Positions 38,313-48,051 of a DNA stretch of 64,000 nt are shown here, piece by piece. Both the position numbers and the translations under genes were made by a program. The stretch is taken from the NCBI GenBank assembly GCA_965262915.1, contig OZ253564.1, forward strand, positions 3,520,001-3,584,000. The letters are read 5' to 3'. Under the pieces are notes generated by a model. The model worked only from the letters and a program-made list of their open reading frames with translations. It did not search any database and was not told the origin of the DNA. Every line of letters starts with the position of its first letter. Position 1 is the stretch's first letter. The stretch comes from Candidatus Spongiisociaceae bacterium. GTDB lineage: Bacteria > Actinomycetota > Acidimicrobiia > Spongiisociales > Spongiisociaceae.

Positions 38313-39625
38313 GAGTCAATCCCTCCGGCAGCGATGACTGCCTCCGGAGTCCCGCCCTCCATCATTGCGCGGACATCCGCGACCCAGTCGGCGCTTCGAG
38401 GCAGTACAACGGAGACACCCGGGGCGTCGTAGCCCGACCCGCTCACGCCCACGACCGGCGTACCGGATGCGGCATCGGCAGCAGCCTTGAGCAGAGCCTG
38501 GCGGGTCGCGATGACACCACCGTCGGTGCCGACCAGTGTCTCCTTCGAGCGGTCGTATGCAGGGCCCATGGAGGCGGTCGCCATGTCGTCCTGCTCCTGA
38601 TTGCCGGTGATACCGCTCCAGATGACGCCCGAGTTCTGGGCAGTCCGATCTATCAGGTAGTCGTTGGCGAGATTGCGAATCGCCATGTAGCTACCCGGCT
38701 GCTTCTGAGCGTAGATGCCCCCTCTACCCGCCGCGTACAACTCCAGCTCCCCATCGGTGAGGTCGCGGTCCGGGTGCCACGACAGGCCGTATACCCATGT
38801 GGTCTGCTCGTCGACCGGCACCCACGCGTGGATCTTGCGAACTTCTGCCGTGCTCTCGGCGGGGACAACGGTGTAGCACGGTGCCAACCAATGGTTCACC
38901 CTCCAGTAGTAAGCATCTTCCCTGAAGTTCCGCCGGGCACCGATCAGCAGCCCGTACTCGGTCTCCACAACGTCGAAGTGGGGAGCCGTCTCCTCGAGGA
39001 TGTTCCTGACCAGCGGATGATCGGGGTCCTCGAGGAGTTCCTCGCGATGCAGGTACGGGACGTGACTCGAGTCGATATCGGCTTCCAATGCTTGAAGCCA
39101 GTGGCACGGTTGTAGTCGCTTGCTTACGTACCGGCCGGCATCGCCCACCTTGAGGTATCCGAGATCCGGCAAGGGAGGTGGAGGAGACTCTTCTCCGAGG
39201 TACGCCCAAACAATCCCACCCGCTTCACGGGTGGGATACGCGGTTTGAGCTACCTCGGGCCGGCCTACGAGGCCGGGACTGGTCGGGTTCTCGATACAGT
39301 CTCCGTTGACGTTGAACTTCCATCCGTGATAGAGGCATTGCAGTCCCCGATCAGCGTTTCGACCGAAGAAAAGTGACGAACCGCGGTGCGGACAGAACTC
39401 GTTCAGTAGACCTGGCGTTCCGTCGGAGTCGCGGAAGGCCACTAAAGGCTCGCCGAGCAGCTTGGTCCTGATGGGCGGTGAGTCAGGATCCGGGATCTCT
39501 TCAGTCAGGCAGGCAGGAAGCCAGTAGTTCCTCAGGGCGATGCCCATCGAGGTGCCGTTGGTAACCCCTGCCAGTGTGCGATGCTCTGCCGCGGTAAAGC
39601 GGAAGACTCCATTCAACGCTTCCAT
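38309..39625 (-). CDS. Rieske non-heme iron oxygenase alpha subunit (phthalate 4,5-dioxygenase/LigX-like)
   Basis: CPHRG...CLYHGWKF; EADIDSSHVPYLH; QDDMAT. Confidence 0.92.
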   Translation of the reverse strand: MEALNGVFRFTAAEHRTLAGVTNGTSMGIALRNYWLPACLTEEIPDPDSPPIRTKLLGEPLVAFRDSDGTPGLLNEFCPHRGSSLFFGRNADRGLQCLYHGWKFNVNGDCIENPTSPGLVGRPEVAQTAYPTREAGGIVWAYLGEESPPPPLPDLGYLKVGDAGRYVSKRLQPCHWLQALEADIDSSHVPYLHREELLEDPDHPLVRNILEETAPHFDVVETEYGLLIGARRNFREDAYYWRVNHWLAPCYTVVPAESTAEVRKIHAWVPVDEQTTWVYGLSWHPDRDLTDGELELYAAGRGGIYAQKQPGSYMAIRNLANDYLIDRTAQNSGVIWSGITGNQEQDDMATASMGPAYDRSKETLVGTDGGVIATRQALLKAAADAASGTPVVGVSGSGYDAPGVSVVLPRSADWVADVRAMMEGGTPEAVIAAGGIDS

Positions 39626-39639
39626 CGATCTCCTTGTAA

Positions 39640-41055
39640 CTACCCCTGGGCCACAACCCGATCGCTCGTCTGTTTCTCCGAAACCTCGGGCCCCGGTCCA
39701 CCAGGTAGCGAGGTCTTTCGCGCGACATCGTTCATGACATCGATCGCGGGCACCGTCCTCGCGTAGAGAGCAGCCGGGATCGCCGTGAGATAGGGAAAGT
39801 CGGACTCAGGGGGCGGCTGTATGCCATCCGCTTCGAGAGCACGGGCCGCTGCGATCAGGCTCCGGCGAACATGCACGATCGGTGCGTCGCTCGAAACCAG
39901 TCGCTCCTCTGTACGGTCGAGGATCGACCCCATGCCCTCGGTCACGGCACGGTCCTGCAGCCAGACGCTCCCGATTCCCGAGAACAGATTGCTGCGCTGG
40001 ACATCCCGATCCAAGCCATAGTCGTTTTCTCGATTGACCAGGGGATAGAACTCCGACTGCGGCTCGACATTCTTTGGCGCATAGCCATCCGGAGAGACAT
40101 GTGCATCTTGGCCGGTGAGCTGATAGTTGATTACGTCCGTAGAAAGAGGCGCATCGGTGTCGTAGTGAATGCGCCAAACGATGGTGGTGTGATCGTCTCT
40201 TGGAAACCACACATTACATTGAGCCGCGGCGTCTACATCACTCGGTACCCCCGCGTAGAACGGCATGATGAAGTGGTTGAATCGGTAATAGAACGTGCTG
40301 GGGCCGGCTTCTCGTCGCGCGGTCGAGAAAAGACCGTATGCTGTTGGCATCACGGTGATATCGGGCTGGGGATCCCTGTTCCAGTACATCGTCTCGAACT
40401 CTGCCGTCAGAACGTCATCCTCCGGCTCGGGTGCGAACTCCTTGCCCCTCATGGCCAGACGAGTATCGAACTCACGATAAGAGGCCACAGATCCATGGAG
40501 AAAAGAAATGTGAGAGGGATCGAAGTCACCCTCCATAGCCTGGGCGTAGTTGCAGTTCAATAGCTGCTTGGTGACGAGACGATGATCCTCAGGTATGCTC
40601 ACCCAATCCAGGGGTGGTAATTCGCCGGGTAACTGGTCCTTCGGACCCATAAAGACCCAGACAATTCCGAACGCCTCACGAGTAGGATAAGAAATACTCC
40701 TGATCCGTCGTCGAAAGTCGGACTGGCTAGGCACATTGGGCATGGCCATACATACCCCGTCCACACTGAACTTCCACCCGTGGTATATACATGTCAGGCC
40801 CGATTCTTCATTGCGCCCGAAAAAGAGGGGAGCTCGGCGGTGTGGACACAACGCTTCAAGGATTCCGATGCGGCCTTCCGTGTCGCGAAATGCAACCAGG
40901 TCTTCTCCGAGCAGACGGAGGCGGATGGGTCCCGAGTCCGGCCCGGTGAGCTCCGAACTGAGAACTGCCGGCAACCAGTAACGTCGCATCAGGTTGCCCA
41001 TCGGGGTGCCTGGGCCGACGCGTGTCAGGATCCGGTTGCGCTCTTGGCTGAGCAT
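39640..41055 (-). CDS. Rieske non-heme iron oxygenase alpha subunit (phthalate 4,5-dioxygenase/LigX-like)
   Basis: LTRVGPGTPMG, CPHRR...CIYHGWKF; EGDFDPSHISFLH; QDRAVTEGMG. Confidence 0.93.
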   Translation of the reverse strand: MLSQERNRILTRVGPGTPMGNLMRRYWLPAVLSSELTGPDSGPIRLRLLGEDLVAFRDTEGRIGILEALCPHRRAPLFFGRNEESGLTCIYHGWKFSVDGVCMAMPNVPSQSDFRRRIRSISYPTREAFGIVWVFMGPKDQLPGELPPLDWVSIPEDHRLVTKQLLNCNYAQAMEGDFDPSHISFLHGSVASYREFDTRLAMRGKEFAPEPEDDVLTAEFETMYWNRDPQPDITVMPTAYGLFSTARREAGPSTFYYRFNHFIMPFYAGVPSDVDAAAQCNVWFPRDDHTTIVWRIHYDTDAPLSTDVINYQLTGQDAHVSPDGYAPKNVEPQSEFYPLVNRENDYGLDRDVQRSNLFSGIGSVWLQDRAVTEGMGSILDRTEERLVSSDAPIVHVRRSLIAAARALEADGIQPPPESDFPYLTAIPAALYARTVPAIDVMNDVARKTSLPGGPGPEVSEKQTSDRVVAQG

Positions 41056-41212
41056 CGGAGCACTCCCCTCGTCCTGCTCATATCACCGAGTGAGTCTGGC
41101 ACCGGTAGGGAGTGTTGGCAAGCGGTCCGACTCCAAGACTCCTCCGTCTCGGGAGACCGCTGATCCGTAGTCGCTCTGGGCTGCTTGAGCCATAAGCACC
41201 CACCGAGGAGTC

Positions 41213-41674
41213 GCCAGGTGCCAGGTGCCAGGTGCCAGGGGTTGGGTGTCAGGTGCCAGGTGCCAGGGGTTGGGTGTCAGGTGCCAGGTGCCAGGGGTTG
41301 GGTGCCAGGGTGCCAGGTGCCAGGGGTTGGGTGTCAGGTGCCAGGTGCCAGGGGTTGGGTGTCAGGTGCCAGGTGCCAGGGGTTGGGTGTCAGGTGCCAG
41401 GTGCCAGGGGTTGGGTGCCAGGGTGCCAGGTGCCAGGGGTTGGGGTCAGGTGCCAGGTGCCAGGGGTTGGGTGTCAGGTGCCAGGTGCCAGGGGTGCCAG
41501 GTGGGTTGGGTGCCAGGGTGCCAGGTGCCAGGGGTTGGGTGTCAGGTGCCAGGTGCCAGGGGTTGGGTGTCAGGTGCCAGGTGCCAGGGGTTGGGTGTCA
41601 GGTGCCAGGTGCCAGGTGCCAGATGCCAGGTGCCAGGTGCCAGGGGTTGGGTGTCAGGGGCCAGGTGCCAGGTG
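41213..41674. repeat. G-rich heptamer array with a 28-bp higher-order unit (GTGCCAG GTGCCAG GGGTTGG GTGTCAG)
   Basis: ~460 bp and ~14 GGGTTGGG-containing units, counted by eye. Confidence 0.95.
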
Positions 41675-41776
41675 ATCGATCGGCCGGCTTCACAACAACG
41701 AACGGCTCATTTGGAGATATGGATACCTAAGCAATCAGGGGTAAGACGCCTCTATCAATAATAAAGCAGCAGTACA

Positions 41777-41881
41777 GAGTATACAACTATTCTGACAAGC
41801 GATCTCCATGCTATTCGGTGTGTATACACGTATATAATTGATTGTAGAACACTTGACAGACTAGAAGCCTAGCCGTATAGT
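41777..41881 (+). promoter_or_regulatory. Sigma70 promoter of the Liv-type SBP, with GntR-like palindromes upstream
   Basis: TTGACA(41853)-17-TATAGT(41876). Palindrome GTGTATACAC at 41820-41829 and GAGTATACAA at 41777-41786, in an AT-rich tract. Confidence 0.7.
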
Positions 41882-41917
41882 CGGCTCACTTCTCCGCCTA
41901 CCGACTGGAGGGAAGAA

Positions 41918-43162
41918 ATGGGTGGAATACATCCGTCGGAACAGAGCAAGATGAGAAGGCCCTCCTTTAGTTGTCAGGCGCTGGTCCGACCAATCCGAAT
42001 AGTGGCCCTTCTTCTCGTGCTCGTCTTGGGGGCCTGTGCGTCAGAAACTGCCGATGACGAAGGACCGATCGTCATCGGACTGGCGATCGGCCTGACGGAC
42101 TTCATGGCGGCGTACGACCTGCCGGCGCTGAACGGCGCCCAGATCGCCGTGGATGAGATCAACGAGGCCGGCGGCGTGCTGGGTCGAAGCTTGGAAATCG
42201 TCACCGCAGACACCAAGTCTGACATCGATCAGGGAACAGTGGCCGGCCAGGAGGTCATCGACCAGGGCGCCCACGCGATGATCGTGTCCCCCGACTACAA
42301 CATGGGTGGCGGCGCCGCCCGAGCTGCTCAGGATGCAGGGCTGGTCGTCTTCTCATCCTCGGCGGGCTCACCGCTGTTCGGGATCGAAGGTATTGGGCCC
42401 CTTGCGTTCACGATGGGGATAGCCGCCACAACCGACGGCGCGGTCGCGGCCGAGTGGGCCTTCGAAGACCAGGGCTTCAGGACGGCGTATCTCCTGCTCG
42501 ACGACATCGCCGACTACAACAAGGACTACTGCCGGGCGTTCGAGACCCGCTGGGTCGAGCAGGGCGGCACCATCGCCGGCCAGGACCAGTTCAACAACAA
42601 CGATGCGTCGATCGCCAGCCAGGTGACGAGGATCAACGGTCTTCCGGAGGCGCCGGACATCATCGCCCTCTGTTCCTTCCCGCCGGGCGGCGCGGTCGCC
42701 ACCAAGCAACTCCGTGACGGAGGCGTGGACGCCCCGATCGTGAGCAACAACGGATTCGACGGGGATTTCTGGTACAAGGACTCGATGCCGGATCTCGCCG
42801 ACTTCTACTACACGTCGCCGGTTTCCTTCTGGGGGGACGATCCGAGCGCCGAGGTCGGGGAGTTCCTCCGCAAGTATCTCGAGCGACATGGGCAGCCCCA
42901 AGCCGTCAGCGCGATCGGTGCATACGCAGCGGTGTACGCACTGGCTGAAGCGATAGAAGATGCGGGCACAACCGATGGCGAGGCCGTTGCCGGGATCCTC
43001 GAGCAGTTCGACGGAAGGAACGTCGGTGGCCTCAACGTCACGTTCTCTCCCGACCTACACATCGACAAGGACCGGGAGTTGCGCATACTGGAACTCAATG
43101 CCGGTGCCCATCAGATCGTGTCGATACGTTCCGCCAAGGGCCAACCACCACTGTTCGGATAG
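41918..43162 (+). CDS. Branched-chain amino acid-type ABC substrate-binding lipoprotein (Peripla_BP_6)
   Basis: LGAC lipobox; AVDEINEAGGVLGRSLE...DTKSD; AIEDAGTTDG. Confidence 0.9.
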   Translation: MGGIHPSEQSKMRRPSFSCQALVRPIRIVALLLVLVLGACASETADDEGPIVIGLAIGLTDFMAAYDLPALNGAQIAVDEINEAGGVLGRSLEIVTADTKSDIDQGTVAGQEVIDQGAHAMIVSPDYNMGGGAARAAQDAGLVVFSSSAGSPLFGIEGIGPLAFTMGIAATTDGAVAAEWAFEDQGFRTAYLLLDDIADYNKDYCRAFETRWVEQGGTIAGQDQFNNNDASIASQVTRINGLPEAPDIIALCSFPPGGAVATKQLRDGGVDAPIVSNNGFDGDFWYKDSMPDLADFYYTSPVSFWGDDPSAEVGEFLRKYLERHGQPQAVSAIGAYAAVYALAEAIEDAGTTDGEAVAGILEQFDGRNVGGLNVTFSPDLHIDKDRELRILELNAGAHQIVSIRSAKGQPPLFG

Positions 43163-43393
43163 GGGACTCGTGACGATCAGGAGCAAGAACCCGGCGCCCC
43201 TCCGGCGGCCGTCGGGTTCGCCCCCGATCCGACCTTGATCAGCGTCCCCTCACAATCACGCCGGTAGCGGCGTACCGCTGGGACGTCGGCGCATATGCCG
43301 GCAATGCACCAGCTAGCGGCAACGAAGCGCCGCCCATCGAGCGTGCTCGTACCGGTGTTCCGCCGGGTCTGCGCACTCGGAGGAGCGGGGCCG

Positions 43394-44134
43394 TTACGTT
43401 CCTTGCCTGGAGAGACCCGACTCCCGGTGCGCGGCCTTGGCTGCGGAGATGATCTCGTCGAGGGTGCCCAAGCGCTTGTGATAGTCCATGAAGTTGTCGA
43501 CCCACCGGAGGAACCGGAACTGTCCATTAGCAACAGCCGGGTGGGACCCGTCCCGAGATAGCACGATCAGATCCCCGTTCGGTTCGGTGAGATATTCACA
43601 GGCCTCAGGTACGTGAAGGCCGGCATCGACCAGTAGCCCATCCGCCGACCCGTCGATGACCACACCTGCTCCCTCGTCGTTGTCCCGGACCGGAACATAC
43701 TGTGCGTTGGGGAATCGCTGTCTGACGATGTCTTCCTGCAACGCGCCCGAGACACCGGCCAACCTGCGCGCCCCCCGGAGCCAGGCCAGCCCTCCTCCGG
43801 CCCACTCCTTGCGCACGAGTACGACGCCCTCGTACTCCAGAAGTACGCCGTCACTGAACATCACGGACAAGGCCCGGCGGGGCAAGTTCGTGTGCTTCAT
43901 CAGGATGTCGACCCGACCCTCTACGAGGCCGTCAAGCTGGTCCTCCCACTCCATGACGACGAAGTGGGCTCTCACGCCCAACTCCTCGGCCATCAGCCGC
44001 GCAACGCGAGCCACGACACCGTCGGGTTCGCCTGTATCCGGGTTGATGAACTGCTCGAAGGTGAGATCCCAGCGAGCGGCCACCCGCAGTACACCTCGTC
44101 GAACGATCTCGTCCAGGACACAAGAATCAGACAT
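43394..44134 (-). CDS. SBP_bac_3 protein without a signal peptide (paralog of 1502-2257)
   Basis: VLDEIVRRGVLRV...PDTGEPDG...WEDQLDGLVEGRVDILMKHTNLPRRAL. AAGGGAG SD. Confidence 0.82.
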   Translation of the reverse strand: MSDSCVLDEIVRRGVLRVAARWDLTFEQFINPDTGEPDGVVARVARLMAEELGVRAHFVVMEWEDQLDGLVEGRVDILMKHTNLPRRALSVMFSDGVLLEYEGVVLVRKEWAGGGLAWLRGARRLAGVSGALQEDIVRQRFPNAQYVPVRDNDEGAGVVIDGSADGLLVDAGLHVPEACEYLTEPNGDLIVLSRDGSHPAVANGQFRFLRWVDNFMDYHKRLGTLDEIISAAKAAHRESGLSRQGT

Positions 44135-45203
44135 GACCAACTCCCTTCTCCCTCGGGTCTTGATCCATACCGATGATGCAGACAGGCTCACCACCGTTCC
44201 GCGTCGGGGTGGAGAAAATCATGAGAACCCACCCCTCCAGTGGGCTCTTCACCACCGTCCGCGGAGAGCCGAACCGGTCGAGGAAAGTCCCGAGCGGGGT
44301 TCCCTGCTTCACCCGTTGGCCGGGTTCTACATCCCGCAGAAAGTAGCCGGCGGAGTCCGCTGTTACGACGTACATACCGAAAACGTCGATCTGTCGATCA
44401 TTCACCACGGGCTCACCGGGGTACATCCCCATGTGCTTCAGAACGTTGAAAAGGCCGCGTAACTCCATTTCCACCAGATCCGGATCCAGCCTTCCGGCTC
44501 CTCCCACCTCAAGCTGGATCGCCGGTATGCCGTTGAGGGATGCGTATCCGATGTTGTTGCGGGCTACTTGGAGGCCTGTCCAGACGGTCTTTCCGTCGTC
44601 ACTCACGCCGGAGAGACCGTCGATGCCTGAACCCATGATGTTTCGGAACTCGATATCGAAGAGGGCTGCAAGCCGGCGGCTTTTGTCATCCGTCTCCGGG
44701 TCCCCCAGTTCGGGAACGACTACATGTAGTGGCACCTCTTCGTAGTGATCCCCGCTGTGGAGGTCCATGTAGGTAGAACTGCGCCCGATGATCTCAGCCC
44801 CAATTCTCGCTGCGACCTGCGATGCGATCGAGCCGAAGGGATCTCCGGGGAACGACTGGTTGATGTTCACGCTGTCGATGGGCAGGAAGAACGATGTTCG
44901 CAGCTCAAGCGCTCTTGGATTGGCACAGACCACGCCGATGAGATCCCCGGAGAGCTCCTTGATATCAAGCCTCGATGCGAGTTTGGGGACCGCGATCTGT
45001 CCGGTGAACTCGCCGGCGTGAACTCCCGCGGTCAGAGCCAGCGTCGGTCCGGGGTTCTCCCCTCTCACCACCCACACCGGAACCGTGAGCGGTCCGGCTA
45101 CCGTCTCTGCGACGACTAGGTCACACCTGTACCGCTGCGGGCGGGAAGCGGGGACCCTATCGAGCGTTTCCACGATTCCGAGATTCGTCATGAGTGCTTC
45201 CAT
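44127..45203 (-). CDS. Succinylglutamate desuccinylase/aspartoacylase (M14) family
   Basis: GPTLALTAGVHAGE, NINQSFPG, DLHSG, LEVGG, C-terminal hybrid motif. Start uncertain. Confidence 0.88.
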   Translation of the reverse strand: MEALMTNLGIVETLDRVPASRPQRYRCDLVVAETVAGPLTVPVWVVRGENPGPTLALTAGVHAGEFTGQIAVPKLASRLDIKELSGDLIGVVCANPRALELRTSFFLPIDSVNINQSFPGDPFGSIASQVAARIGAEIIGRSSTYMDLHSGDHYEEVPLHVVVPELGDPETDDKSRRLAALFDIEFRNIMGSGIDGLSGVSDDGKTVWTGLQVARNNIGYASLNGIPAIQLEVGGAGRLDPDLVEMELRGLFNVLKHMGMYPGEPVVNDRQIDVFGMYVVTADSAGYFLRDVEPGQRVKQGTPLGTFLDRFGSPRTVVKSPLEGWVLMIFSTPTRNGGEPVCIIGMDQDPREKGVGHV

Positions 45204-45279
45204 CAATGCCCCTTCGTGTGCAGCCGCCAGCAGCCGGATCCGGTCTCCTCTTGACCCGGATGTCGGGCCGGCAACGCTC

Positions 45280-46035
45280 TCATTGTCCACCCAGATAGGC
45301 AGCAATGACGTCGACATTGCTGCGAACCTCGTCGGGGCTCCCGACGATCAGGGTCTTGCCGTGGTCGAGTACCTGCACCGTATCGCAGACCTGCATGACG
45401 ACCGCCATGTCGTGCTCGATCAGGACGATCCCGATGTTCCACCTGCGACGGGCTTCGTCGATGAGGCCTGCGAGATCGGAACTTTCCAGATCGTTCAGAC
45501 CCGCCGCCGGCTCATCGAGGAGCAGATAGTCGGGCTGGGCGGCCAGCGCCCTCAAGAAGCCGATCCTTCGCTCGTCTCCCAACGGGAGTGTCGAAGCGCG
45601 CCGGCCGCCCTTGCCGCCGAGCCCGAGTGACTCGAGCAGCTCTTCGGCCGTGTTCCGTGCCTGACGCCGGCTGATCCGGTTACGGGCCAGCGCTCCCAGC
45701 TGGATGTTCTCCGAAGCAGTCAACTCTCCGAACACTCGCATGCCCTGGAACGTGCGAACGAGGCCGGCCCGAGCGATCTGGTGCGGAGAGCGACCCGTAA
45801 GATCCTTGCCTTCCAGCGTAACCGTGCCTGCGTCGGACGGTTGGAATCCGCTCATGACATTGACCAAAGTCGTCTTGCCGGCTCCGTTCGGCCCTATGAG
45901 TCCCAGGATGTGACCACGCTCAACCCCCAGATCGACGCCGTCGAGTGCTTGGAGCCCATCGAATCTGACCGACACCCCGAGAGCGACCAAGCCCGACTCG
46001 TGCGAGCCTCCCGTGCGGTCCGACTCTGCGGTCAT
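45280..46035 (-). CDS. livG: Branched-chain ABC ATP-binding protein LivG-like
   Basis: GPNGAGKTT, RTFQ, LPLG, DEPAAGL, IEHDM, AYLG. Confidence 0.88.
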   Translation of the reverse strand: MTAESDRTGGSHESGLVALGVSVRFDGLQALDGVDLGVERGHILGLIGPNGAGKTTLVNVMSGFQPSDAGTVTLEGKDLTGRSPHQIARAGLVRTFQGMRVFGELTASENIQLGALARNRISRRQARNTAEELLESLGLGGKGGRRASTLPLGDERRIGFLRALAAQPDYLLLDEPAAGLNDLESSDLAGLIDEARRRWNIGIVLIEHDMAVVMQVCDTVQVLDHGKTLIVGSPDEVRSNVDVIAAYLGGQ

Positions 46036-47945
46036 GAGCCATCTCCCAGGCCGGTAAGGCCGCCCAAGTAGGCCTCGGCGAGATCCTTGTCGCCACGCAA
46101 CCGGTCACTGGAGCCCTGCCCGACGATCGTCCCGGTCCGGAGCACATAGCCTCTATCGGCGAGACTCAACGCAAGCTCGGCATTCTGCTCGACCACCAAC
46201 ATGGTGACTCCCTCCTCTTTGAGGTCGCGGAGGATGCCGAAGACTGTCGCCGTCAGGACCGGAGCCAGGCCCAACGACGGCTCATCGAGGAGGAGCAGGC
46301 GAGGTCGCGCCATCAGTGCCCGGGCAACAGCGAGTTGCTGCTGCTCGCCACCGGACAGAGTGCCGGCACTGCCGCGGTAGTAACGCCTCAGCACCGGAAA
46401 ACGATCCAGGATCGATTCGAGATCAGCCTCCATCCCCTCCTTCGATCTGCGGGCAACCGCACCGAGTCGCAGGTTCTCGGCAACGGTGAGGCTCCCGAGT
46501 ATCCGCCGTCCCTCCGGAACGAGGGCGATTCCGGATCGAGCGACTCGCTCCGGAGCCATGCCGAGGATGCTCCGACCGTCGAAGACTATGTCGCCTCCTG
46601 TGACGTGCAGAAAGCCCAGGATCGCCCTGAGTATGGTCGTCTTCCCGGCGCCGTTGGGTCCGAGCAGGGCGACGACCTCACCGTTGTTCACGGAGAGGTC
46701 GATTCCTCGGATGGCTTTGAGCTCCCCGTAGCCACCCGACAATTTCGACACCAGCAGCAAGGGATCAGTGCCTCCGAGGGTCGCGGCCGGCGAGCCGGTG
46801 GGCTCGCGGCGGGAAGACTCACGGGAGCGCACCCGGTCGGCCACCGAAACCCGGACCTGGTCCGCAGCGACGCGAACATCATCGGGCGGCGGCTCAGCAC
46901 CAGATCCGATCCTGAGTCTCGCTTTGAACCAGGCCCCCACATCGACGACCGTTTTCCATGTGAGTTCCGTACCGTTGGTGATACCGCGCGGCCGGATGAG
47001 CAGCACCACGACCAGCACCACCGCCACCCCGACCTGCTGGAGACCTCGAATAGGCGGAACCCGGATCAGACCGAGAGCGATTCCGTCCTCCATCTGCCGG
47101 AGCGCGAGGCTGAGCAACGACAGGAGCACGGCTCCGGAGAAAGCTCCCGTCAGGCTGAGCCGTCCCCCCACTACCAGCATTGCGATTGCCAAGAAGGTGG
47201 CCGCAACGAAGAAAGCAGACGGGTTGAAGGTGCCGAAGGCAAGGGCGAACAACCCCCCGGCCACTCCGGTGACCGCCGCACTCAGCACGAACGAGACGAG
47301 CCGCTCCCAGGAGATACCTATTCCGAGTGCACGGGCTGCGTCCTCGTCGTCCCGTGAACCCCGCAGGCGCAGGCAGAGACGGGTCTGCTGGAAGAGCCAC
47401 GCGGTGACGATCGCCACGATCGCCCAAAGAGCTGTGCCGGGCAAGGTTGCCGCCCTGGGTACTCCAGCCAGCCCGGTGGATCCGCCGGTCACCGATTCCC
47501 AGTTGGATGCGACGTTGAACGTAATGTTCAAGAACGCGAAAGTGCCCAGGGAAGCCACGATGCCGGACAACTGCATCAGCGGAGTTCCGATGAGAACTGC
47601 GACCCCGGCAGCCAGCAGTGCTCCCACCGCGACAGCGACGTGTGCCGGGAGGGTCACCCCTGGAAGGGACGGAAAGAGCGCCGTTTTTGTTGATTCAGGG
47701 ATTACAAGGATAGCGGTCGTATAGGCCCCGATAGCCATGAACCCTATGTGGCCGAAAGAGAAAACGCCGGAGTTACCGATGAAGATGTACATACCCACGA
47801 CAAGTATCAGGCTGATCAGTGCACTCAATATTGAAGTGCGTACTGCGTTGGATGCAAGTCCGCCGAACGATGCGAGGAGAACCGCCACGGCGCTGAGTAC
47901 CAGGGGCGCAAAGTTGGTTCGCGCCACCAGGACTGTGCGTCTCAT
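46032..47945 (-). CDS. Fused LivM-like permease + LivF-like ATPase
   Basis: N-terminal SFGHIGF, TGGSTG, LVVGG; C-terminal GPNGAGKTT, VPEGRRI, LSGGEQQQLA, DEPSLGLAP, VEQN. Confidence 0.88.
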   Translation of the reverse strand: MRRTVLVARTNFAPLVLSAVAVLLASFGGLASNAVRTSILSALISLILVVGMYIFIGNSGVFSFGHIGFMAIGAYTTAILVIPESTKTALFPSLPGVTLPAHVAVAVGALLAAGVAVLIGTPLMQLSGIVASLGTFAFLNITFNVASNWESVTGGSTGLAGVPRAATLPGTALWAIVAIVTAWLFQQTRLCLRLRGSRDDEDAARALGIGISWERLVSFVLSAAVTGVAGGLFALAFGTFNPSAFFVAATFLAIAMLVVGGRLSLTGAFSGAVLLSLLSLALRQMEDGIALGLIRVPPIRGLQQVGVAVVLVVVLLIRPRGITNGTELTWKTVVDVGAWFKARLRIGSGAEPPPDDVRVAADQVRVSVADRVRSRESSRREPTGSPAATLGGTDPLLLVSKLSGGYGELKAIRGIDLSVNNGEVVALLGPNGAGKTTILRAILGFLHVTGGDIVFDGRSILGMAPERVARSGIALVPEGRRILGSLTVAENLRLGAVARRSKEGMEADLESILDRFPVLRRYYRGSAGTLSGGEQQQLAVARALMARPRLLLLDEPSLGLAPVLTATVFGILRDLKEEGVTMLVVEQNAELALSLADRGYVLRTGTIVGQGSSDRLRGDKDLAEAYLGGLTGLGDGS

Positions 47946-47952
47946 CGCTTAG

Positions 47953-48051
47953 GAGGGTGCTGAGAAACCCCCCGTTGGCCCGACGGTCGATGACAAAATG
48001 CCACGTTAGCGGACAGCGGGCCAACCATTCTCACCGTTATTCAGCATTCTC
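47953..48051 (+). mobile_element. MITE family A copy between the livH stop and the livM start
   Basis: Imperfect TIR GAGGGTGCTGAGAA / TTATTCAGCATTCTC, flanked by TTAG/CTAG. Confidence 0.82.

Noticed and set aside
41213-41674. Possible CRISPR array (28-bp periodicity)
   Set aside because: The units are contiguous with no unique spacers, and there are no cas genes.
41185-41761. Three overlapping Cys/Gly-rich ORFs (VPGARCQ repeats)
   Set aside because: Artefact of a stop-free heptamer array read in all three frames; no SD and no protein-like complexity.
43255-43330. Possible degenerate third copy of MITE family B
   Set aside because: Only short patchy similarity (CGTACCGCTG, GCATAT) and no terminal inverted repeats.
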